NCBI GenBank assembly: GCA_965235115.1
Contig: OZ249436.1
Coordinates: 54,810,001 to 54,874,000 of the forward strand
Direction: 5' to 3'
DNA from: Laetmonice hystrix
Taxonomy: Eukaryota
DNA length: 64,000 nucleotides
Part shown: positions 52,744 through 64,000 of the stretch, piece by piece
Position numbering within the stretch: the stretch's first letter is position 1
How the letters are laid out: each line of letters begins with the position of its first letter
Program-made: the position numbers and the translations under genes
Notes under the pieces: generated by a model
What the model saw: the letters and a program-made list of their open reading frames with translations, nothing else
Told to the model about the DNA's origin: nothing
Databases searched by the model: none

Positions 52744-54259
52744 CGTAGCTGTGCTGGCGTGAGAATTACTTGGCAAAATGAACTCAGTTCTTCTCAACTA
52801 TTGCAATTATATTCGTTTTTTGTCTTGAATGCTCACTCTTTCTGCATATACGCCGGTAAAGTTGACGAAGTTATTGCACACTCCTGCGCGCAGGGACGCC
52901 TCAAGTCCATGTAAGGTCCAACGCGGATTGACTAACTTACTGGAGACGGTGAACGCCATCAAGTGGCGTCTGTAAGCCTGGCAATCAGACTGTGCGCGGG
53001 AAAAGGCAGACGACAGCGGCGCAGCCGCCGCCTCGTTTTGGCTGGCCCTAACAATCTAGGCAGTGCCTGGAAGCGTCGCTGATGAAGCATATCGACTGTT
53101 GATGGGCCAGGTCGACTGTTTCCTGCGAGTAATCCGGTCTCCGACGCCACAGTAACTGACCCTGTCTGAAATGTAAATATATAATAAACAAAGTATTGAT
53201 ATCCACTGGGCGGTTAGGGGGCACTAACAGAGACGGATTGTTCGACCACGGCGCAAAAATACCTGGCCATCCGACGACTGTCCGTGGCCGGTCGGACAGT
53301 CCGTCGCTGTTAGTGAAACGGGCTCCAGGAACTTCGGAAAAGTGAAACATGAACGGCCCACAAAAATCTGCCTCGGCTAATATCAAAATGTCGGTGACGG
53401 TGCAGTACTACGTCAGACTGTAGAAGCAAGGCACCCCCTCAAGGGAGGGCTTAAAATATTCAATCCCGACTCCTCCCCCTCCAAAAAAAGCTTCATAATA
53501 AAGAAAATCTGACAATACCACAACACCAGAGCATGAGACACAGAACGCCATGCAAGTATAAGATAACGTTACATGACATCTTTACGGATCTGTATTAGCT
53601 CAAGCGATATGAAAGGAGAATATTTCCAAGGTGAGTAACTGGCATACTAGCTGGTCTCACTCTCTCGGTCGATAATTACATAGAATAAGTAAATATCCCT
53701 AAATGATCAATTCTAGCAACGTTTAAATTCACTCAATCGCAAAATAGTTACAGCCATGCATGCAGTGACATGTGTACAGTATACTACCGTGTATGTTGGA
53801 CGCTGAGCATAAAGTGGCGTTTCCCCTCCTGAACAACCGAATTTGAAGCCGTCCTGGTTAAATAGGTCTAGGCCATAACCGTCCGAAATCCACATACATG
53901 CTACTTTATTTCGATACCAGGCGTGTATCGCCATGCCTAGCATCGTTGATGATAAAGCATTAAGACTACTTAAACTTTCGATTCATAATAAGTACCACGA
54001 AAAGAGTGAACATGTCTAGAATGCAGTGAAGTCGATGTGGCCGTACTACGGTGGCATAGTAGGGCCAAGTCAAAACAACATTTCAAAAACACACACATAG
54101 CTTCAACCCGCAACTGCAAACCACATTGCAAAACGACTTTCAGAAACCACAAAGGCAAAACACGTTACGAGATGACATTCAGAAACCACATTGCAAAACG
54201 ACATTCATAAACCACATCCAGATTTGGTGAAGGGTAATCGAAGAAAGCATTGTGATTGG

Positions 54260-54611
54260 CCCATTGAAAACATGGACGCAAACGTTGAAGGTAGTTACGT
54301 ACCCTCCATATATCTCCAACAAGATACAGATATTTTCGTCAATCCTTTTAAAATACAAGTGTTAAATGACCTCGATTTTCTGGATGCAGTGTCATCGGTC
54401 CCTATACACCAGGCTTCGGTCTGCATCACGCATGGCCATGTTGGCCATACTCCAAACAGAGATCGGTCACTCCGTTGACGCTGACCAACGCAACGGAAGC
54501 GGAAGTGCTTGGAGCTTAAGCAACTTCCTTCCGTTGGTTTTCTGACAAGTGAAATTACACAGCACCTGGCCTAACATGGCAGACGCGTCTGTTTGGCAGG
54601 GTACCAGGCTA
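54260..54611. mobile_element. Diverged copy of the 11566-11890 repeat (TAG...CTA MITE right end)
   Basis: Colinear similarity (gaaaacatggacgcaaacgttgaaggtagtt ... accaggcta). Confidence 0.7.
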
Positions 54612-57324
54612 TATTTAATAATGCACGTTCTAATGCAAAATCTCGGTGCTGAAAACGCGCCGCTCACCACCCCAAGTGCCCCCACCCCACCACCACGTTG
54701 CTGTCGGTGCTGTATGCTACCACTGGAGGAGACACTGAAGTACTACTCTAGACTTTTCTAGTAATGAACCCAGCTCTGATATACAGAATGTCTATGATTC
54801 CGGGGGTAATGGAGAAGATGTGGGAGGTGAACAAGGTGTTTTCCTAAATGTAAATTTGTTTCGGTGAGTTTATTGATTTGGCCCTACTATGCCACCGTAC
54901 ATCACCGTATTTCTCATAATGGCAATATGATACACACATGCATGCACGCATGTAGGTCAACTCAAATACGGTTGGGCGTTTATTGAAATGGGATAAGGAT
55001 GAACCTGGCCACACAGACAGTCCTGTTATAGCTGTGACAAATTCGAGGACAACCTCTCTCAGAAAGTAATAAAATCGCTTGGCAGGCTAAATTAGAGCAG
55101 TATTCACGAAAACGTGGCCATTATCAGCCTAGACGTCTTCATACTAGGCGAAAGTAGGTACATGTCTGAACCTTACCGAAAAGTAAGAGTTTCAAACGAA
55201 ATCATATATCGTCATCAATACACACACATTAACTGTTCCTGGCACATGGAAATCGAGTGATTTCAAATCAGAGCAATATTTCATTCAAGAGATCAAATTG
55301 CTTGAAAATGGGCTTCAAGATACATGGTTTTCCGCGTCGATATTCAGGAGTTTCTCATCCCCTGCTAAAGCAAACGAGTGCCCCGAAATACTTTAAATAT
55401 TTGGCGCAGATAGACGTTTTTCACTCAGAACTATACATGTTAATGGTGGGTATATTATCACAGAGGTAGATGTTATCAATATTCCTACTGCTGCGCCATC
55501 AGTGACGACCAAAGTTAGGTCGTCGTGTAATGGACGTTAGGCATCAGTAATCAAACGGTCCTTGCACGCTGCACATGCGTGGCACGGGCAATACCGATCG
55601 TGCGCGTGCGTGCATTAATAATTACTTCCGGTCGAAGGGGGAATGCTTGATAGGATTAATGTATATTTCTGACAGCTGCTACCACAACAATACATAGGCT
55701 AAGATATAATTTGTACATTGATAACCTTTAATTCTGATATAAATCATCTATGTCAACACAAGGGAAACTGAATTAGGTGACAGAAGTACCGCTCTGAACT
55801 CTCCCTAGTTGTATTTCCAAATCAGATAATAACTTCGCTTCAGTAGTCATTGTATATAATGAATGACTTTATTATTTCAGTGATATGTTTCTACCTTTAC
55901 ACTGAGTGAGCGCATTTCATTCTTTTAATACGCTACCTGTCATTACAATGAATTTTAGGCATTTCAAATATTATGTAGTATTTTGTAATCATCGATTACT
56001 GTATTATTGAAAGATGAACGACATTGTTGTCTCTCGGACTAAGTGATTAATACTGCCAAAACACCCTTTTTCTGTCTAATTACTGACCCGATTTACCAAA
56101 ACAAATTTCACTGAATATAGGTATTCGACCAATTAATTAATGACGAAGTTTTTACAACGGGCAAATTAATTGATTTAAATAGTGCACTCCCTCCGTCAAT
56201 GTCGCTACTTCGTGGGAAACCGGATGCTTCCTTCGAGGCTAATTTTCATATTTATACTCTCCTTGCCGTCGTCGTCTCCCTTACAGCCAGACTGGAAGAT
56301 TGAGAGTTTCTGCAGCCTCCTCAGCTGCTTTCCATACAGCCAGCTAACGAATTAATCCAGATACGATAGACTTTAAAGTCAACGAGCGAACGTTAACTCC
56401 GATTTAAATATCATCTGTCTCGACTCAGGCTCGGCGCATTTCGGGCGACATCGGGAACGTTCGTAAACTATTGTCCTCATCACGTGACCAGACTGCCGAT
56501 GGAACGCGTCTCACTTTGGCGATCAGCCGTCTGCTCGAATCTTTATCAGGGATATTGAGGGGCGACTAAAGGCCGGACATTCGTTTAGGACGGTTAATTA
56601 ACGACCGACGGTACTCATGTACGAGTCTAAGTGAGGTCCCTGCTCCTTAATCAGTGGCGTTAATGCGAAACCGACCACAGACGGCAAGACGTTGGAACAA
56701 GGTTATAAAATCAAAGGACCCCCAAAATATTATGCAGATTTGGATCCTTATTCACAATAACTGCATTGGTAAACTATTTATTTTGGCGCTTTGTCGACTA
56801 TAGTTAGGCATAAGGGTTATGATCTGCGAACGCACGATGAGTTGTAAATGTGTATATCAAAAAGCAGTACCTCAGCTTTCTGTTTTTTCTCTATGTCATT
56901 TTTTCCTGTTTAATTTCCCCGTTTAATACAGGTAGGCCTATATTTGCCCCGAGCCAGCAGCATCGGGAAGTAATTCAACTGTTTTATATGTCTAGGCAGA
57001 ACTAACAGGGAGTTGGAAGGAATCCCCGGGACTTTGACGGGGAATGACTAGCGAGTAGTGGGTGTGACTTATATCATACATTGCAGTATATTAGTTTGAA
57101 GGACATCTTTCAATTTTTATACAGAGGGACGATTTTTCTTGTCTCCCCCCCCCCCAATTTCTCCCGTCTATTTTCCTGGGGCATCAGCATTCAGTTTATT
57201 CCGGGTTACGCGCCCCTTTTGTCTTCCCTCAACGTTCCCAAGAACAGTTATCATTTTCAGATATCAGATTTTGTCATTATTCAGCCACACGAAGCTGCTT
57301 CCTTCGTGCCGAGACTGCTCGATC

Positions 57325-58662
57325 TCAAACCGTTTCCTCGGTACAGTCTGAATGTCTATGTACCCTGGCACGCCGATTCCAACCGTAGAACACCGACCTT
57401 TGACCTCGGTACATAGAATCCACGTCCTCTATAGACTGTGGTAATGGTTGGTTTAATGTTTCTGGTAACAGGACCGTTGCCACCGCCGCAAACACCGACA
57501 CTGACGCCAGAATCACATTGGGCAACCAAGGAATCCGCTTAGCCTGACCGAACAAAAGGAAATACGAAGATAAACATAACTTAGAGGTATAGCAGGATGC
57601 AGCACTTGGCGTAGCTACAAAAATTATCAAGGAGGGCAACGATATGACGTTTCCATAAAAGCCGTAAATGTTAATGAACACATCTGTTGTATTTTTAAAT
57701 AGATCAGTGAATAGATCAGGAAATAATTCTATTGCATTACAGTAAAACCAAGAAGGACTAAATTAAGGCGATATGCAATTAGGCTTCTTTTCCTCAGATC
57801 AGTTTCCCAACCATGGTATGGCAGATTTCCCTGAGAAATTTCCCCATACTTCCAGGGGCCAGTCTGTCCCTCTATCCCTACCCCCCCCCCCCCACCCCCA
57901 CCCCCACCCCCACCCCACCCCACCCACCGCCACATTTTTAATGTTCGGGATTCCATTTTTTTAAATACATACCCCCCCCCCGCAGGCTACGTCCCTGAGT
58001 AGGGCGACCATTGCACTGGCGGATCCAGGATTTCACTAAAGGGGTGCGGGGGGATGGGTACAGGAAAACAATTCATGATTGGTTGCATTAGCTACTAAAG
58101 CTCTTTTGTTGTAGGCCTATAGCCTATAGGACTTCTGCACGTGTCAGAAGTTACAACCATTTCGGCATTTGCTTCATCATGTCCACTCATGATGCCCGAA
58201 GTAGGCTACCAGTGCTGTAAATATAACATCTTTTAAAAAAATTAATTAGGTAAGCTAAAGGGGGACATGTCCTGTGCCTCCGGATCCGCCTATACATATT
58301 TCTTACTCGACCTCGATCCCCATGCTCCGCAACTGGGTCATCAAAGGCTTGCCTTTGCCTTGGTATGTCCAGCCGTGTCTGCAAATGGGCATTTAAAAGA
58401 GCCTTGCAATTTTTCGAAAAGAGTAGGGGATTGCCTCCCGGTGGCAGGTGTCTTTCTAACTTCATCCGCATCACCCACCACGTCGCTTGGGACTCGAAAA
58501 TAGGTCCCTTGACTGATTAAATGCGTAGTTCCTATCGCCCTGAATATGACTGAAATAGTTCCAATATACTGTCGGCAGGGCGGAAAGCCTCCCATCACTC
58601 ACAGGTAAAACAAAATGTGGAACGCTTCACGATTATGCGTGTCATCCTTGCGCCAGGTGGCC

Positions 58663-58694
<32 letters not shown>

Positions 58695-61600
58695 TTATGT
58701 GTACCGCCGAAGCAAGTACAATATCTCAGCCTTTCCTGTCATTTATATACGACATCACTACCAAGGTACAACGTAGGAGGTGTTTTATTTACCCTATGTG
58801 AATTTATGCTCTGCTAATCTATGGATCAGCATACAGCTTGCCCAGCGACCTCTCTTTGTAGTCTCAATCTATTTAATACTACAATATGTTACATTTACTT
58901 AAAGGGGACGACTGGTTAAACGTCAATATCACTGCTCAATCAAAATCTTGACTGAGCAGTGCTCCTGATTCTTGGGCGAGAGTGACTGCCATATTGACAA
59001 CGTTTCGCGTTCGTTGTTGGCGACCGGAAGTTAAGTTGTAATGCGTCCCACTAGAGGGCTGCACCATTCTGTGGTAGCGCCACCTCCCGACACTTCACCT
59101 CAATGTTTTTGCCTTGAACGTTCAAAATGGCATGTGAGCAAATGTCTGGTGACCATTTGTCTTGTGAGCATTTAGTTTTGTGAACATATATTATGTTCGC
59201 GCACCAAGTTTGGGTTGCGCAGAATTATTGTAGCATATATTATTGTAGCATATATTATTGTAGCATATATTATTGTAGCATATTATTGTAGCATATATTA
59301 GTCAATAAGTTGCTAGTCATTTATCGCAGGAGTCATTTGTCGCCGGGAGTCATTTGTCGCCGGGAGTCAATTGTTGTGGACCCCCCATTGCCATCTGGTT
59401 ACGCCTCTGTATTTCAGTGATGATAACGTGGCTTAGACGTAGGTTTAAATACTTGCCGCATACGATCCGAATGGTGCTGCCATTGTGGCTAAACGGGCGG
59501 GTATACAAGAGATGCCGCCACTTGATGCCCTGTGCAAAAAGAGATCGAAATGGGAATCAATTTTAAACACATCGATAAGAGTAGTCCTACATGGCATGCA
59601 TAACAACTTAATTTAAAACACTGTCATTTTCTAGAGAAGACTGCGCAGGTGTTGACGAGGTACCCTCAAAGTTGGCATCGGCTAGGACCGGTAGAGTGTG
59701 TATCAATAAGGAGTATGAAATTCGCTTCGTTTTTTTACCTGAGATTAGTAGGAAAAATCTCTTTTGTATACAAGATGATAATAGCAAACACGGTGGTGAT
59801 GATAAATTTGCCAAGATGAGCGACAACAGTGCTGAGAATAGATAGATCGACTCCAGACCCTGCTCAAAGATACAATGACATACCATTAAACATTAAAATT
59901 AAGAGAAAAACAAATATATCATTAGATTATATCCGTGATAACCTGCCAGATTATTTGTTTCAACTCACCTGTTTTTGCAGGGATAAGTACAACTACCACT
60001 AGTGTAATCCCGGCTAAGACGTGTAAAACAACGGTTGGCCACCTTCGGCCCCACCTACGAAGACAAACAGCAGTTTACCCTACAATGGCAGCAGCTACAA
60101 TGGAAATCAAGTAAAAAAAACACTTGTGAAGCTCGCAGCTTGAAGTGAGATACATGGGGCTGCCGGAACGTGCACTTCTAAACATGATGTCAAAAATCAG
60201 AAAGTAAAAACAAACTTTTTAATGTAGACTCTTCACATTAAACGAACAATTCGAACGGACGTAAGGATGCGTATAGACCAGTGAGAGTGTCACAAAACGG
60301 CCCCTACCTGACGATAAGAACGTATGCAAGGACGTCGGCTGGAATCTCAAGGATCCCTCCCATTTGGAAGTTTACGTACAGGTTGCCAGCCATTGATGGA
60401 GTGGCAAGTATCAAGGCATAATACACTAAACTGTTGGCGAACCTGAATTTAAAAAAAAACCACATCATTTACAGTCTGAATACTTATCACCGACCAGTAT
60501 GAAAGTCCACATTTTTATTTTTATTGAATATATTTTGTATAAAATGAGGTAAATATAACTGCATCATAATGACATCACTATAGCATAGCGGGTCGTCTAT
60601 ATGCAGAGGCGGATCTAGGGGGGCCTATAGGGGCCCGGGCCCCCCATAAATTTTGGACAAGTATAGTATAACTTAGGCCCAAGTGAACCCAGCCACCCCT
60701 TTCGAGCAGTAAAGTATAAGTCTAACAGTAAACCTGGAGATTTATGAAGATTGAAATTTGTACAAAACATGATTAAGTTATCAGCAGTTCAGGACCAGCC
60801 ACCCCTTTCCGACTTCGTCCCAGTAGCCCCCCCCCCCCTCTAAGCGAAAATCCTGGATCCGCCCCTGATATGCGCAATGTAGCCGTACCAGATAATGCTG
60901 GAGACAATAGTAAGAATCCGTAGAGTTGAATCCGTGAACAGAAAGTACCAGGGGTAGACTGGTGGGTCAACGTCCCCGCCGACATCCGACCGCCCGTCAG
61001 AAGCATGACCGCCATTCACTGACGCCATCTGGTGAGAATTCTCCTTCTTCAGCAGCTGCTGGGATGTCGGGGGTGCTAGAAGACGACCTTGAACTTTCAC
61101 CCCATTCCAGCGTGCCATCTTCTGAAGAACCTCTTCGGCCTCTTCCTCTTTGTTGTTGACGACGAGCCACATAGGAGACTCCGGCAAGATCCTGTCATGA
61201 CGTTAAAAGTTATTATAGGTGGCCAACAGCAAAAGGGCTAAAGAAAACAGGTGTGTAGGCCAATAGAACTTTAATTAATACTATTATTACGGGGTGGGGG
61301 GGTCCCTAGGCCCCGTACGCCCTCGGTACTTTTTTGTCTTGATTTTAGGGGCCCAATACCGTTTACGATCCCATCTTAGCCACCTCCTCCTGCTCCTCAT
61401 GTTATATCTGTTGAAAGTTGTCTTTCTCACCAGATGGCGCCCATGGCGGGTAGGACTGCCAGGGACAGGGCCAGTTGGAGGTACCTCCAGTTTCGGATGA
61501 AGTAGGCGAAGAATCCGAGCAGGAGATAGACAATCACCCAGAACGCTTCCAGGGAGATCCCAACAAAAGATCTCTTCTTGGAGTCAAATATTTCCATCAT

Positions 61601-63075
61601 TAATGTTTCTGCCGCCCAGCACACTGCCTTCAAGGTAAACAGACTGCTTATATATGGAAGGAACAATGAACAACCGGCTGATGCCGCCTCTGTCAAGTTC
61701 TTTACATTTTGAACCCTATTTTAAATCTATGTGAATCTGTGTTTTTGTAAAGTATTTGTGACGTGATTTTGTAACCCGCTCTAAATACCTTTGATTTCTT
61801 TTCTTCTTTTTTCGAGAAAATGGCGTCTAAATAAACTGGAACTGACACCGCTAGCTAGCATTGTATGATATAGACTCTTATCACATGCTGATAAATATAG
61901 GCCTAATAGGCCTCGAAGTCGTTAGATAATGTGTTATATAATATAGATATTGGCCATCTGATTAGATGACCTTTCACCTGTCAAAGTGATATAATGCCCG
62001 TACCAAGACGGCGATGCCTGTAAAGAATCTGAGAACGACAAAGACGATGTAGCCTGACGACAGGCAGGTCGCCGCCCCGAAGATGAACGTGAACAGAGTT
62101 CCGCCGATGAACACTTTTTTACGTCCGTAGCGATCAACTAAAAGCGAACAGAACATTTCGCCAAACAACCCGCCTGCCTGGTAAATCGTCTGCGACATTT
62201 CAGTCCAGAAGCGGTCGTCACATACCAGGTCCCACTGCAAGAAAAACGGCACTGAAAGTATTCGGATACATGTTATACAGGGTGGGCCCAAAAAAGTCCG
62301 TGCCAAACCAGGCAAGCTAAGAATCTTCTGACACGCGAAACAGTCTTAATGTCATCAAAATCAGTCAAGCTAATCAAAGGTTATGCCACTTTTAATGCAG
62401 CAAAGTCACACCCCAGTTCATTAGCCCCATTTCATTATTTGACAGCTATAGAACTTGCCACTGTAAAAAGAGACAAATACTTTGCTCCACAAAAAACGGC
62501 ATGACTTTTGATTTGATTGACTGATTTTGAAGAATTAAAGACTTTCATGTAAGAAGATTCCCTGTCAGCATATGGGCTCTGAGGTTGCCTAGTTTGGCGG
62601 ACATTTTCTGTGGCACACCATGTATAGCTTAAGGGACCATAAGTGTCATTGGGTTACCATTGATTATGTTGAACTCTGTCCTCTTAATTGTAATTTTACT
62701 GCCGCCCCCCACGACGTTCATGCCTGTAGAACGACGTTGATTTCATGAGACGTATTACATTCCTACCCCATACTTGTGTTTCCAATGACCGCTCCTGATG
62801 AGAAGCGCCTGATTTCTAATCATTCCCCCTGTACACAAATGTACACAAATCTCCGCTGTTTCTGCTTACGTCAGCAACTATGGAGGTGGAAGCAGGCTCC
62901 TCGGTATACGTCCATCCGTTCGTACAACCGGTCGTAGCGTTGTCCACTGTGTGATTGACGTACATCTTACATTGATGCCATGCTCCCTCCTCCCCGTCGG
63001 GTTTTGATACCCAGGGTATCGTCTCATTAATAAGCTGACCTTCAGGAACCCTGCAGTGATGACGGGGTTCTAGGC
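57325..63075 (-). CDS. Second SLC22 family transporter, 5'-partial (first coding exon not found in the window); exons 63075-62870, 62234-62004, 61627-61431, 61191-60889, 60442-60308, 60054-59969, 59859-59739, 59529-59457, 57543-57325
   Basis: Motifs LEPRHHC, WDLVCDD, DRYGRKK, NWRYLQL, PESPMWL, WGRR, GKF, KEIFPTNLR and LLPETLNQPLP. Exon sizes 231, 197 and 135 equal those of the paralogue. Phases are consistent if the last intron is GC-AG. Confidence 0.92.
58612..58719 (-). ncRNA. U6: U6 snRNA gene (sequence variant)
   Basis: Reverse complement: GTACTTGCTTCGGCGGTACACATAATAAAATTGGAACGATACAGAGAAGATTAGCATGGCCACCTGGCGCAAGGATGACACGCATAATCGTGAAGCGTTCCACATTTT. Full length, with the ACAGAGA box, AGC triad and oligo-T end. 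Confidence 0.92.
58742..58749 (-). promoter_or_regulatory. TATA box (TATATAAA) at -30 to -23 of the U6 gene
   Basis: Canonical position for a type 3 Pol III promoter; a possible PSE (CACCTCCTACGTTGTAC) lies at about -64 to -48. Confidence 0.7.
59224..59299. repeat. ~17-bp minisatellite (attattgtagcatat..), ~4.5 copies
   Basis: Direct inspection. Confidence 0.9.
60604..60867. mobile_element. Short hAT-like MITE (CAGRGGCGGATC...GGATCCGCCCCTG) with a 5-bp TSD (ATATG)
   Basis: ATATG at 60599-60603 and 60868-60872. Related G-tract elements occur at ~1521-1625, ~43200-43240 and ~58014-58294. Confidence 0.65.
62278..62622. mobile_element. Tc1/mariner-like MITE
   Basis: TA-CAGGGTGGGCCCAAAAAAGTCCG ... 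CGGACATTTTCTGTGGCACACCATG-TA imperfect TIRs with TA duplication. Confidence 0.7.
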
Positions 63076-64000
63076 CTGTAACGTGCCAGAAACATCAAGC
63101 TGCCATTTTGCAAAAGAGCATGCATGAACTCATACGTCTATATGCGTTAACACAATGAAGTCCAAATCCCTCCATCTTTAATGCCATCTTCCTTTTGAGA
63201 TCCCTTTGTATTGGCACTCCACGTACCCCCCCCCCCCCCCCCACCCTGTGCAGGTATGCTGGTTTTGAAAGATTTTCCTTCTATTTGTTTAGAATATTAT
63301 CACCACCTCACCATATCATAATTTCATGCTAACAGACGGTTTTATTTTTTTATTCTGTTGCCGATTTGGACAGATTAAAACTCATCTTGCAGCTCGCAAT
63401 CCGTAGGCCTACCCTCTTTATTATTATAGTTAGTTAGTTTAGTTTTATTCACCATATAAATAGTGTATATAAAAAGGGCAACAACAAACGACAAACGGTT
63501 ACAAAACTATGTACGGAGTTACATATTGGACCGACAAAGTCGACTTGGACCGCGGCCCAACCCTCTTCGTTGATAAGTACCGGTAATCCGGTATACAAGT
63601 ATAAATAGGTAATACTCTGTCCTCTATCTAATCTTACCTTGTCATGACCATTGCTACTATTATAGTGACCTACAACTGAATGAACTACGTGGCTTACGCT
63701 CAAAGCCTATATGAACTAGAATACTTTTTGTGCATCTATAGCCTCTACTTCACTTATTCAAGCAAATTGTTAATTCATCAGGTTTACTTAACAATAGCCA
63801 CGCTACCCGATATGAGATTTTCCACACTTCAAAAGCTATTGGTTTATATATAATCAGAACAGAAGACGCACGCTATATATTTTCACCGGTATCAAAATAT
63901 AATGTAGGCCCACCTACCTAAAAACACTATTGACAGGCCATGCCAACATAGGGGCATGAATCCAAAAATTCCTAGAAAGCTGAAAATTGCTATGTGCCAT

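Overview
Eukaryotic, intron-containing genomic DNA from an invertebrate animal (probably a marine bilaterian; the species cannot be determined from the sequence alone). Left to right: (1) a complete 3-coding-exon NDNF/nord gene on + (1280-3514, 564 aa); (2) four long orphan ORFs with no recognisable domains (three on -, one on +), interspersed with nested MITEs; (3) a ~19 kb repeat block (24450-43181) made of a Helentron/HINE-like head with ~145-bp tandem repeats and a (GAA)n tract, followed by a ~828-bp satellite array (16 units plus a partial one); (4) two tandem SLC22 (organic cation transporter-like) paralogues on -, one complete (7 coding exons, 645 aa) and one missing its first coding exon. 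The satellite is interrupted twice by the same 1964-bp non-coding element. This element is bounded by a 4-bp direct repeat (ATAC), and its terminal hairpin is only completed when its two ends are joined into a circle. Other notable points: a variant U6 snRNA gene with a correctly placed TATA box inside a GC-AG intron, a 51-bp tandem array of duplicated splice acceptors, and three 3' introns present in one SLC22 paralogue but absent from the other. All gene models were derived by eye from splice signals, phase and homology recalled from memory; no database search was run.
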